Shown here: piece by piece, positions 55,697 through 64,000 of the stretch
Numbering within the stretch: the stretch's first letter is position 1
Layout: each line of letters begins with the position of its first letter
Assembly: GCA_949292105.1 (NCBI GenBank)
Contig: CASEYK010000028.1
Coordinates: 5,246-69,245, forward strand
Reading direction: 5' to 3'
Origin: an uncultured bacterium
Lineage (GTDB): Bacteria; Bacillota_I; Bacilli_A; RFN20; CAG-826
Length of the DNA stretch: 64,000 nt
Position numbers and translations under genes: made by a program
Notes under the pieces: generated by a model
Seen by the model: the letters and a program-made list of their open reading frames with translations, nothing else
Told to the model about the DNA's origin: nothing
The model's database searches: none

Positions 55697-57571
55697 ATGA
55701 ATATCGATTATGATGTTATCGTTGTTGGTGGCGGACATGCTGGTCTTGAAGCTGCTTTTTCGTCTGCTCATTTAGGACATCAAACGCTTTTGATTTCATT
55801 AAATTTTGATAAAGTTGGGAACATGCCATGTAACCCTTCGATTGGGGGAAGCGCTAAAGGAATTGTTGTCAGAGAAATTGATGCTCTCGGTGGAATGATG
55901 GGGAAAGCCGCCGATCAAATGTATCTTCAAATGAAAATGCTCAACACCGGTAAAGGACCGGGCGTCCAATGCCTTCGAAGTCAACAAGATAAGATTGAAT
56001 ATCCAAAAATAATGCAAAATTTTGTTAAAAATACGCAAAACCTGTCTTATTTAGACGGAATGGTTGTGGATTTGATACATGATAACAAAACCGTGAATGG
56101 TGTTATTATGGCGGATGGGACAAGAATATACTCACGCGCTGTTATTTTAGCAACGGGAACATACATGGAAGCACAAATATTCAGAGGAAGAGATGTTAGG
56201 CAAGAAGGGCCAGATGGCGAAAAAGCTTCAATTGGACTTTCTACAAAATTAAAAGAGATGGGTCTAGGCATTTATCGACTTAAAACAGGTACTCCCCCTA
56301 GAGTAGCAAAAGAATCAATCGATTTTTCAAAATCATCTCCTCAGCCTGGCACTGAAGGTCATTATGCTTTTAGTTATGAAACAACACATTTTATTCCTTT
56401 AAGCGAACAAGAATTATGCTATTTAATTTACACTACACCGAATACTCATAAAATCATTCAAGAACACTTAGATGACACCGCACTTTATGGCGGATTAGTG
56501 AAAGGGGTAGGACCGAGATACTGCCCATCAATTGAATCTAAAATTGTGAATTTCAAAGATAAAGAAAGGCATCAGTTATTTCTTGAGCCAGAATCAATTC
56601 ACACTAATTCCATATATTTGCAAGGGTTTGCTACTTCGATGGCGGTTGATATTCAAAAGATGATGGTTGAGAGTCTTCCAGGATTTGAAAAGGCTAAAAT
56701 TCTTAAGTATGCTTATGCGATTGAATATGATGCAATTAGAACAGAGGAATATGACGAAACTCTTGCGATAAAAAAATGGCCAGGATTATATATCGCTGGT
56801 CAAATTTGTGGTACTTCAGGATATGAAGAAGCAGCAGCACTGGGTCTAATTGCTGGGATAAATGCTTGTATGAAAATTGATAACAGAGAACCTCTCATTC
56901 TTCGACGCGATCAATCTTATATCGGTGTTATGATTGATGATTTAGTGACAAAGGGAACTGACGAGCCTTATCGTTTATTATCTTCTCGCGCTGAGTATCG
57001 TTTACTACTTCGCCATGATAATGCTGATTTAAGATTGACAGACATTGGACATGCAATTGGACTGATTAGCGACGAAAGATATAACAAGTTCTGTCATAAA
57101 AGAGATAAAATCAACCAAGCAATTAAAATTTTAAATTCGACATATTTTGGTGCAACTAAAGAAATGAATTATTTTCTCGAAAAAAATGGTTCAACGCCTT
57201 TAAAAGGTGGCGTGCTCGCTGCTGAATTGGTCAAACGACCGATGATTAAACTCTCATCACTTCTTGATTTTTTACCACAACTTGTCAATTTAGACCTTGA
57301 TGAATTTGAAATCGAAGAAGTAGAAATAATGGTCAAATACGAGGGTTATATTGTCAAGCAAGAAAAAGATGCTGCAAATATGAGAAAACTCGAAGAACTT
57401 AAATTAGATCAAAATACTGATTATTTACATCTTGATGGTTTAGCGCTTGAAGCTCGCGCTAAATTAAATGCTATTAAGCCGACAACAATTGGTCAAGCAT
57501 CGCGCATTAGTGGAGTCAACCCAAGTGATGTAGCGATTTTGATTATGCATGTCAAAAGGAATAAAAAATAA
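55697..57571 (+). CDS. mnmG: tRNA uridine-5-carboxymethylaminomethyl modification enzyme MnmG (GidA).
   Basis: Sequence YDVIVVGGGHAGLEAA is the FAD-binding N-terminus. About 624 aa. Confidence 0.9.
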   Translation: MNIDYDVIVVGGGHAGLEAAFSSAHLGHQTLLISLNFDKVGNMPCNPSIGGSAKGIVVREIDALGGMMGKAADQMYLQMKMLNTGKGPGVQCLRSQQDKIEYPKIMQNFVKNTQNLSYLDGMVVDLIHDNKTVNGVIMADGTRIYSRAVILATGTYMEAQIFRGRDVRQEGPDGEKASIGLSTKLKEMGLGIYRLKTGTPPRVAKESIDFSKSSPQPGTEGHYAFSYETTHFIPLSEQELCYLIYTTPNTHKIIQEHLDDTALYGGLVKGVGPRYCPSIESKIVNFKDKERHQLFLEPESIHTNSIYLQGFATSMAVDIQKMMVESLPGFEKAKILKYAYAIEYDAIRTEEYDETLAIKKWPGLYIAGQICGTSGYEEAAALGLIAGINACMKIDNREPLILRRDQSYIGVMIDDLVTKGTDEPYRLLSSRAEYRLLLRHDNADLRLTDIGHAIGLISDERYNKFCHKRDKINQAIKILNSTYFGATKEMNYFLEKNGSTPLKGGVLAAELVKRPMIKLSSLLDFLPQLVNLDLDEFEIEEVEIMVKYEGYIVKQEKDAANMRKLEELKLDQNTDYLHLDGLALEARAKLNAIKPTTIGQASRISGVNPSDVAILIMHVKRNKK

Positions 57572-57572
57572 T

Positions 57573-58274
57573 ATGACATCTTTGATAAAAAAGTGTTTTG
57601 AAAAATGCAATTTAAAGGTAAGTGAGAAACAGATAAATGATTTATCCATGCTCGCTTCTTTGACATTAGAAAAAAATCAATTATTGAATCTAACATCCAT
57701 AAATGATGAAGAAAATTTTGTTGACAAAATGATAGTGGATTCTGCCTTATTATTATTAAATATTGATTTAAATCAAAAATTTGTTTTAGATTTAGGAACT
57801 GGGGCAGGATTTCCTGGATTGGTTTTAGCAATTTTATCACCAAATACGAAATTTGTTTTATTGGACTCGACCACTAAAAAAATTAATCATATACAAGAAG
57901 TTATTCAAAAAATTGGCTTAAACAATGTAGAAACTGTCTCTGCTCGAGCCGAAGAATATATAGATGTTAATAGAGAAAAATTTGATTTAGTTGTCGCTCG
58001 CGCTGTCAAAGAATTGACTATTCTTTTGGAAATTGCGGTGCCATTCGTCAAAAATGGAGGAAGCTTTGTTGCGTATAAAGGGCAAAATTATTTAGATGAA
58101 ATTAATAAATCTAAAAGAGCCATAAAACTTTTAAATTGTTCATTTGTTCAAGCCGCACCTTACACTTTGCCAATTTCTAATGAAATTCGTTATTATCTTA
58201 TATTTTATAAAACGGCTAGTACTGATTTAAAATACCCCAGACAGTATAGCAAAATAATTCACAAGCCATTATGA
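57573..58274 (+). CDS. rsmG: 16S rRNA m7G methyltransferase RsmG (GidB).
   Basis: Sequence LDLGTGAGFPGLVLAI is the SAM-binding motif. It lies just after mnmG. Confidence 0.8.
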   Translation: MTSLIKKCFEKCNLKVSEKQINDLSMLASLTLEKNQLLNLTSINDEENFVDKMIVDSALLLLNIDLNQKFVLDLGTGAGFPGLVLAILSPNTKFVLLDSTTKKINHIQEVIQKIGLNNVETVSARAEEYIDVNREKFDLVVARAVKELTILLEIAVPFVKNGGSFVAYKGQNYLDEINKSKRAIKLLNCSFVQAAPYTLPISNEIRYYLIFYKTASTDLKYPRQYSKIIHKPL

Positions 58275-58298
58275 TGATAAAAAAGAGGAAGGAAAAAA

Positions 58299-59069
58299 AT
58301 GAGTAAAATTATTGCCATCGCTAATCAGAAAGGCGGTGTGGGAAAGACAACAACTTCTATTAATTTAGGTGCAGCGCTTGCTCATTTTAATCGTCGTGTT
58401 TTAATCATTGATATGGATCCTCAAGGCAATGCTTCACGCGGTCTTGGAGTAGATATTACCCTTATCAATCGTTCTATTTATGATGTCTTAGGTTTTGACT
58501 ATGATATCAATTTAGCTATTCGTCGCGTCTATAAAAATTTAGATTTATTAGCTTCAAAATTGATATTAGCATCGCTTGATACAATATTAGCAAGCAAGAC
58601 TCATGAACCTTTTGTTGTGCTAAAAAACGCAATGTCTAACTTAAAAAAAGAATATGACTATATTATTATCGATTGCCCTCCTTCCTTAGGTCTTTTGACT
58701 TTGAATTCTTTGGTTGCGGCCGATTCAGTTTTAATCCCAGTTCAATGCGAATATTTTGCTATGGAAGCTGTGGCGCAGATTTTAGCAAGCGTATCGCGCA
58801 TCCAGCAAACTAACAATCCAAACCTTGGAATTGAAGGTTTTTTGCTAACGATGTACGATTCAAAAACTCGTCTTTGTACTGAAATATCTATGCAAATCCG
58901 CTCTCTTTTTAAAGAAAATACCTTTTTAACACAAATACCTCGAAACATTTCTGTTCCTGAAAGTAACGCCAAAGGTTTGCCGGTAACGGTTTATCGTCCT
59001 TCTTCGAGCGGCGCGCTTGCATATTTCTCCTTAGCCAAGGAAGTAATCGACCATGAAGAAAGAAAATAA
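58299..59069 (+). CDS. parA: Chromosome partitioning ATPase ParA/Soj.
   Basis: Sequence KIIAIANQKGGVGKTTTSINL is the deviant Walker A. Confidence 0.85.
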   Translation: MSKIIAIANQKGGVGKTTTSINLGAALAHFNRRVLIIDMDPQGNASRGLGVDITLINRSIYDVLGFDYDINLAIRRVYKNLDLLASKLILASLDTILASKTHEPFVVLKNAMSNLKKEYDYIIIDCPPSLGLLTLNSLVAADSVLIPVQCEYFAMEAVAQILASVSRIQQTNNPNLGIEGFLLTMYDSKTRLCTEISMQIRSLFKENTFLTQIPRNISVPESNAKGLPVTVYRPSSSGALAYFSLAKEVIDHEERK

Positions 59070-59901
59070 TGACAAAATTTTGAAAAGCTCATTATCGACA
59101 CTTTTAAAGCGTTTTTCTAACACTGATGTCGTTGGCAATATTGAAAAGGAATATAGAGCAGCCTATCAAGGGCAATTATCGCTTTCATTTATCGATGACA
59201 ATCATATTTATAAGAATGTTAAAATCAATAAAGATCGTTTAAAAATAGAAATTGATAAATTATCTGGCCATCGTTTAACTTCGCCTCTTATTGTTCGTTC
59301 AACTGACGAAGGTCGATACGAAATTATTTATCCGCGGCTGACTTATTATGCTTGTTTGTCACTACAACTAGAAACTGCTAATTGCTATGTTGTTGATATC
59401 GACGAAGAAGAGATGCTTCTTCTGATGGCGTCTCAAATTAAAAATGATAAGGATGCTAATGTTGTTGAATTATCTTTTATTCTTAATCGACTTGTCAAAA
59501 AATATCATTTTGTTCAAAAGGATTTGGCGGAATTAATGAACTTATCTAGAAGCCAAATCACAAACATCATGCGTTTGAAAAATCTTCCCACTCGAATTTT
59601 ATCCGATTTGATTAACGGCAAAATTTCTTTTGGCCATGTTCGTGCGATGATGACATTAAGTGAGAGTGAGATGGATCAACTTTTAGAAAAAATATATGAG
59701 AATAATTTATCGGTTCGCGATGTCGAAAAGATGATTTATATGGAAAAAAATGATGTTGATTATTCAAACATTGAACAGAGTATCAACAAAAAATATAATT
59801 GCGCAGCAAACATCGGATCTAATCGTGTCACAATTCGTTTTGAAGATAGCAAGTCTTTTCAAAAATTTTTAAAGAAAATCGCTCCTTTTGTTAAAAAATA
59901 A
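59053..59901 (+). CDS. parB: ParB/Spo0J-like partition protein.
   Basis: Location after parA. HTH KDLAELMNLSRSQITNIMRL. About 280 aa. Confidence 0.6.
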   Translation: MKKENNDKILKSSLSTLLKRFSNTDVVGNIEKEYRAAYQGQLSLSFIDDNHIYKNVKINKDRLKIEIDKLSGHRLTSPLIVRSTDEGRYEIIYPRLTYYACLSLQLETANCYVVDIDEEEMLLLMASQIKNDKDANVVELSFILNRLVKKYHFVQKDLAELMNLSRSQITNIMRLKNLPTRILSDLINGKISFGHVRAMMTLSESEMDQLLEKIYENNLSVRDVEKMIYMEKNDVDYSNIEQSINKKYNCAANIGSNRVTIRFEDSKSFQKFLKKIAPFVKK

Positions 59902-59931
59902 TTCATTAATTTTTTATTTTGTATATAATTA

Positions 59932-60050
59932 TTGTGCTTCAGGGTAAGGTGAAATTCCTTAATCGGCGGTATACCCCGCGAGTCTTAATGGCTGAACTTG
60001 TGCAATTCAAGTGGCGACAGTAAAGTCTGGATGAGAGAAGTTTTTTTCTT
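59932..60050 (+). ncRNA. Candidate cobalamin (B12) riboswitch.
   Basis: Sequence GGTGAAATTCC...GCGGTATACCCCGCGAG...AAGTCTGGATGAGAG matches cobalamin-riboswitch core elements (GGTGaAAnTCC and a B12-box-like AAGTCnGGA). It lies in the 5' leader of the ECF S-component gene, after a TATAAT at about 59924. Confidence 0.5.
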
Positions 60051-60082
60051 GCCCAAGCAGAAAGTAAAGGTGGTTATTCTTA

Positions 60083-60786
60083 TGGAAGGGTACAATCTTA
60101 CAAGATTTGTTATTGGGTGTCTTACCATTGTTATTACGGTTTTGTGTTTTATTAATCGTGTCTTTTTTAAACACAAGCCTCTTTCCACTAAATTTATAAC
60201 AAGAAGTGCTATTCTTGGAGCAATGTCAACAATTTTATATGTTGTTCCATATTTTCAATTCCATCTTCCTTTTTTTCCATCCTTTTTGGAATTTCATTTC
60301 GATGAAGTTCCAGCTCTCATCGCTTCGTTGGCATACGGACCTTTTTCTGCGGCATTTGTTATACTAATTAAAACTTTAATTAAACTTCCTCTTACTTCCA
60401 CCCTCGGCGTCGGTGAGTTAGCAGATTTCATATATGGTATTCTTTTAGTTGTTCCTGCAGGAATTATTTATAAAAAAATGAGAACTTTCAAAGGTGGAGT
60501 TCTTTCAGTTTTGTGCGGAGCACTTATTCAAACGCTCGGCGCTTCACTGATTACTTCATTCCCTATTCTTGATTTTTATATGCTAGTTATGCAAATTCCT
60601 GAGGAAAGTTTATTGGCAATGTGCCAAATCGCTAACCCAAAGGTAACTTCACTTGGATGGACTTTCTTTGGCTATGTCGCCTTACCATTTAACGCCTTAA
60701 AAGATGTATTTATCGTCATATTTACTCTGCTCTTGTATAAAAAGATGCATCAAATCATTGATAAAATCGGGCAAGAAAAAAACTAG
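60083..60786 (+). CDS. ECF-transporter substrate-specific (S) component, possibly the cobalamin-specific CbrT type.
   Basis: Six hydrophobic helices of about 230 aa. ALIASLAYGPFSAAFV is S-component-like. It sits directly downstream of the candidate B12 riboswitch. Confidence 0.5.
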
Positions 60787-60804
60787 CAGCGCTAGTCTTT
60801 TCAA

Positions 60805-60981
60805 TTAATCTTCAACGATTGCGCCAACAGGGCAAACGCCAGCAGCTTCTTCGTCGACCTCTTCGCTAATTAATTCAGCAACACCTTCATCACCGATGCG
60901 GAAATTTTCTGGATAAGAACCGACGCAGCAGCCACAGCCGATGCACACATTTGGATCAACCTTGAGCTTTTTAAGACCCAT
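60805..60981 (-). CDS. Small 4Fe-4S ferredoxin (58 aa). It is below the ORF-track length cutoff.
   Basis: Minus-strand translation MGLKKLKVDPNVCIGCGCCVGSYPENFRIGDEGVAELISEEVDEEAAGVCPVGAIVED. It shows CxxCxxC...CP motifs. A GGAGGAG RBS lies 8 nt upstream. Confidence 0.6.
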   Translation of the reverse strand: MGLKKLKVDPNVCIGCGCCVGSYPENFRIGDEGVAELISEEVDEEAAGVCPVGAIVED

Positions 60982-61147
60982 GATTACTCTCCTCCCGGAT
61001 AGAAAGATTATAAAATATTACCTCAATAAATAAAATATTTTTTGTCAATTAATATTCTGACTGCTTTTCTCATAAAACTTATTAATCTTTTTTATTTTTC
61101 ACTACTAAATATGTAAATTATTTATTAAAATAAAAAAAGTTAGGTTT

Positions 61148-61456
61148 ATGCAAGAGACACGAAAAGAAAAATATCGCGAATATCGCGCCTCGCTTTGCGA
61201 AGAAAATGTCGATCTCAAACCGACCCCCAAAAACGATCCTTTAACAACCCATAAAATTGAAGATACTGCCGGTGCGACTTCAACTCTTCCCATTGATCAA
61301 GTGATCAATGCAATTGAAGAAGAAGACCGTGAAAACCATCGTTTTCTCGTGAAACAAAAAACAAAAAAAATTATTATTTATACATTAATTGCGGTTGGGC
61401 TTCTCGCCTTACTCGCCATTATTATTTGGATTGGCGTTTTGCTTTTCCAAAATTAG
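61148..61456 (+). CDS. Small protein with a C-terminal TM helix.
   Basis: ORF in the intergenic space ahead of cmk, with a hydrophobic C-terminus. Confidence 0.35.
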   Translation: MQETRKEKYREYRASLCEENVDLKPTPKNDPLTTHKIEDTAGATSTLPIDQVINAIEEEDRENHRFLVKQKTKKIIIYTLIAVGLLALLAIIIWIGVLLFQN

Positions 61457-61471
61457 AAAGAAGGTGTAAGC

Positions 61472-62140
61472 ATGAATATTTCAGTTGCTATTGACGGACC
61501 AGCTGCTGCTGGTAAATCAACCGTGGCAAAAAAAGTTGCCAAGATACTTGGATATACTTATATCGACACGGGTGCGATGTACCGCGCTTACACATGGTAT
61601 TGTTTAACTAATGGAATTGACTGCCAAAACGAACAAGCAAGCGTGGCGGTTGTTGACAGGGTTAAAATTCAACTTTTGCCAAATGATATTGTTTTATGTA
61701 ATGGCATTGATGTTACTAAACCGATTCGCGAACCATTTGTATCGGCTAATGTTTCATACATCGCTTCCTATAAAGATATTCGATTAGCTCTTGTTGAACA
61801 GCAAAGAGAAATGGCTAAATCGACATCCGTCATTATGGATGGACGTGATATTGGAACATATGTTCTTCCAAATGCTGATGTGAAAATTTTTCAAATCGCT
61901 TCGCCTGAAACTAGAGCGGTGAGAAGATATGAAGAAAATTTGCAAAAAGGAATTGAGTGCACACTTGAAGAAATTGAAGCAGATGTTAGAAAACGCGATT
62001 ATATCGATTCGCATCGCGATTTTGCTCCGTTAAAACCTGCTGCTGATTCCGTATTATTGGATACTTCATTCTTAAGCGTTGATGAAGTTGTTGATGCGGT
62101 TATCGATATTATTAATCGCAAATTGAAGGAGAAACAATAG
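61472..62140 (+). CDS. cmk: Cytidylate kinase.
   Basis: Sequence ISVAIDGPAAAGKSTVAK is the P-loop. About 222 aa. Confidence 0.85.
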   Translation: MNISVAIDGPAAAGKSTVAKKVAKILGYTYIDTGAMYRAYTWYCLTNGIDCQNEQASVAVVDRVKIQLLPNDIVLCNGIDVTKPIREPFVSANVSYIASYKDIRLALVEQQREMAKSTSVIMDGRDIGTYVLPNADVKIFQIASPETRAVRRYEENLQKGIECTLEEIEADVRKRDYIDSHRDFAPLKPAADSVLLDTSFLSVDEVVDAVIDIINRKLKEKQ

Positions 62141-62143
62141 CGT

Positions 62144-63466
62144 ATGCCTAAACGTTTGGGGATTGTTGCTATTGTTGGCTCTCCTAACGTTGGCAAGTCA
62201 ACTCTTTTTAATCGGCTATGCGGTGAGCGTAAAGCCATCGTTGATGATGAGGCTGGCATTACGCGCGATAGACAGTACGCCGTATGTACTTGGCTTAATC
62301 ATTCTTTCACATTAATTGATACTGGCGGTATTGAAATAAAAAATGCCCCGTTTCAACAAGAAATACGAGCTCAAGTTGAACTTGCAATCGATGAAGCCGA
62401 TTTAATTGTTTTTGTTGTTGATGGAAAAATCGGGGTAACCAACGATGATCTTTTGACCGCCAAAATGATTCGCTCATGTCAAAAACAAATTATTTTTTGC
62501 GTTAACAAAATCGATGAAGGTATTCATGTTGCTTCCGCTCATGAATTTTATTCTCTCGGTCTAGGCGAACCACTTGTTATCAGTTCATCACATGGGGTGG
62601 GAATTGGTGATTTGCTCAATAAAATTATTGAATCATTGCCTGAAGAAAATGAGAAAGAACAAAATGATTCTATTACTTTTTGTTTAATTGGTCGTCCTAA
62701 TGTTGGCAAATCCTCTTTGACTAACGCTTTACTCAGTGAGGAAAGAGTTATTGTATCAACGATTGCTGGAACGACTAGAGATTCTATTGATACGCCTTTT
62801 GAAAAAAATGGACAGCATTATATTGCGATCGATACTGCCGGGTTGAAAAAACGTGGAAAAATTTACGAATCAATCGATAAATATTCGGCAATTCGTGCTC
62901 TCAAGGCAATTCAAAGAAGTGAAATTGTTTTGCTCGTCATTGATGCCTCTAGCGGAATAACTGACCAAGATAAACATGTTATTTCTTATGCTATCGATTT
63001 AAAAAAAGCCATTATCATTGTTGTAAACAAATGGGACTTGGTCAATAAAGATCAAAATACGATGAGCAATTTTACTAAAGTGATACGCCAGCAATATAAA
63101 TTTATTCCTTATGCACCTATTGTTTTTGTATCAGCTAAAACAAGGGCAAGGCTCGATACTATTTTTTCAGCTATTGATATGGTACATCAAGCATATTTCA
63201 CAAGAATTAAAACTTCGACATTAAACGAAGTGATGCAAGATGCACAAATGATGAACCCATCTCCTCATTTCAATGGTGGTAGAGTGAAAATTCTTTATGC
63301 TTCACAAGTCAGCACAGCCCCTCCAACAATTGTTTTATTTGTCAATGATGCACAATTTATGCACTTTTCTTATTTACGCTATTTGGAGAATCGTTTACGA
63401 GAAACATTTAATTTTGATGGTACACCAATTAGAATAATATTAAGAAAGAGAAACGAAAAAATATGA
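62144..63466 (+). CDS. der: Ribosome-assembly GTPase Der (EngA), with two GTPase domains + a KH domain.
   Basis: Two G domains, each with its own P-loop (GSPNVGKST and GRPNVGKSS). Confidence 0.9.
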   Translation: MPKRLGIVAIVGSPNVGKSTLFNRLCGERKAIVDDEAGITRDRQYAVCTWLNHSFTLIDTGGIEIKNAPFQQEIRAQVELAIDEADLIVFVVDGKIGVTNDDLLTAKMIRSCQKQIIFCVNKIDEGIHVASAHEFYSLGLGEPLVISSSHGVGIGDLLNKIIESLPEENEKEQNDSITFCLIGRPNVGKSSLTNALLSEERVIVSTIAGTTRDSIDTPFEKNGQHYIAIDTAGLKKRGKIYESIDKYSAIRALKAIQRSEIVLLVIDASSGITDQDKHVISYAIDLKKAIIIVVNKWDLVNKDQNTMSNFTKVIRQQYKFIPYAPIVFVSAKTRARLDTIFSAIDMVHQAYFTRIKTSTLNEVMQDAQMMNPSPHFNGGRVKILYASQVSTAPPTIVLFVNDAQFMHFSYLRYLENRLRETFNFDGTPIRIILRKRNEKI

Positions 63467-64000
63467 AAATAGGAATAATTGGTGCTGGTACATGGGGTAC
63501 GGCTCTTAGCCAAGTTTTAGATGATAATGGACATCAGGTTGTCTTATATACAAATGATCCAAAGTCCGCTACAGACATCAATCAAAATCACAAAAATTCA
63601 TTTTACTTTGGTAATAAAATCACATTAAGTCCGACGATTGTTGCTACCAATTCATTAGAAGCGGCAGTGGAATCAAGCGAAGTTTTAGTTCTTTCAGTTC
63701 CTACTTCAGCAATGAGAGATGTTTTAAGCAAAGTTAAAGCCATATTAAAAAAACCTACAATCTTTGTAAATACTGCCAAAGGATTTGATACTGAAAAAAA
63801 TATTCGCATGAGCGAACTTATTCGTGAAATTATTCCTCTTGAGTTGATAAGAGGACTTGCTTCGCTAATTGGTCCTAGTCACGCTGAAGAAGTAATTGTC
63901 AGAGATCTTACTTGTGTTTGCTCGGTGTCAACCAATTTAAATATTGCAGAAAAAGTTGCAATGCTTTTTTCCAATTCTTATTTTCGTGTTTACACAAACA
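63463..64000 (+). CDS. gpsA: NAD(P)H-dependent glycerol-3-phosphate dehydrogenase, 3'-truncated by the window edge.
   Basis: Sequence MKIGIIGAGTWGTALSQVL. Its ATG overlaps the der stop. Confidence 0.8.
   Translation, partial: MKIGIIGAGTWGTALSQVLDDNGHQVVLYTNDPKSATDINQNHKNSFYFGNKITLSPTIVATNSLEAAVESSEVLVLSVPTSAMRDVLSKVKAILKKPTIFVNTAKGFDTEKNIRMSELIREIIPLELIRGLASLIGPSHAEEVIVRDLTCVCSVSTNLNIAEKVAMLFSNSYFRVYTN

Overview
This 64 kb window comes from an AT-rich (about 30% GC) low-GC Gram-positive / Mollicutes-like chromosome. It uses the standard genetic code and AGGAGG-type ribosome-binding sites. I found no rRNA, tRNA, CRISPR array, transposase or integrase.

The window splits into three parts.

(1) Positions 1 to about 32.1 kb form an accessory block encoded entirely on the + strand, with almost no recognisable housekeeping genes.
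- A tightly packed 10-gene operon (1116-16998) with overlapping start/stop codons. It encodes a transglutaminase-like Cys peptidase, a ClpA/ClpB D2-type AAA+ ATPase carrying an unknown N-terminal half, an NrdG/QueE-like radical SAM activase, a Zn-ribbon + P-loop GTPase-like protein, several large unknown or coiled-coil or membrane proteins, a GLUG-motif membrane-anchored protein, and a 1039-aa Big_2-like surface protein with a Gly/Asn-rich GGNGG repeat tail.
- A 1271-aa TIR - STAND(NACHT) - TPR - aminoglycoside-phosphotransferase-like kinase protein.
- A soluble TraG/VirD4-like ATPase.
- A symmetrical cassette in which two paralogous polytopic membrane proteins (Rossmann/RCK-like cytoplasmic domains plus a C-terminal RyR domain) flank a pair of extra ClpP paralogs. 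One ClpP paralog is catalytically dead and ClpR-like; the other keeps the Ser-His-Asp triad. Both lack the N-terminal axial gating loop.
- Three further unknowns, including a Sel1-repeat protein.

(2) Positions 32 to 51 kb hold mixed core genes: a MATE efflux pump, an SDR oxidoreductase, XRE regulators, a lipoprotein, a flavodoxin-ogt-heliorhodopsin operon, a frameshifted NmrA-like gene, a convergent NCS2 nucleobase permease + guanine-deaminase-like pair, a flippase-like membrane protein + GT4 glycolipid glycosyltransferase, recX-like, yhaM, a HIT protein, and two giant PrsA-like lipoproteins.

(3) Positions 51 to 64 kb are origin-proximal-type core genes: sufC-sufD-sufS-sufU-sufB, mnmG-rsmG-parA-parB, a candidate cobalamin riboswitch ahead of an ECF S-component, a small ferredoxin, and cmk, der and 5'-partial gpsA.

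The candidate novel systems are the TIR-STAND-TPR-kinase fusion, the RyR-membrane / ClpR / ClpP cassette, and the upstream 10-gene operon.

All domain calls rest on motif recognition by eye. No database search was possible.
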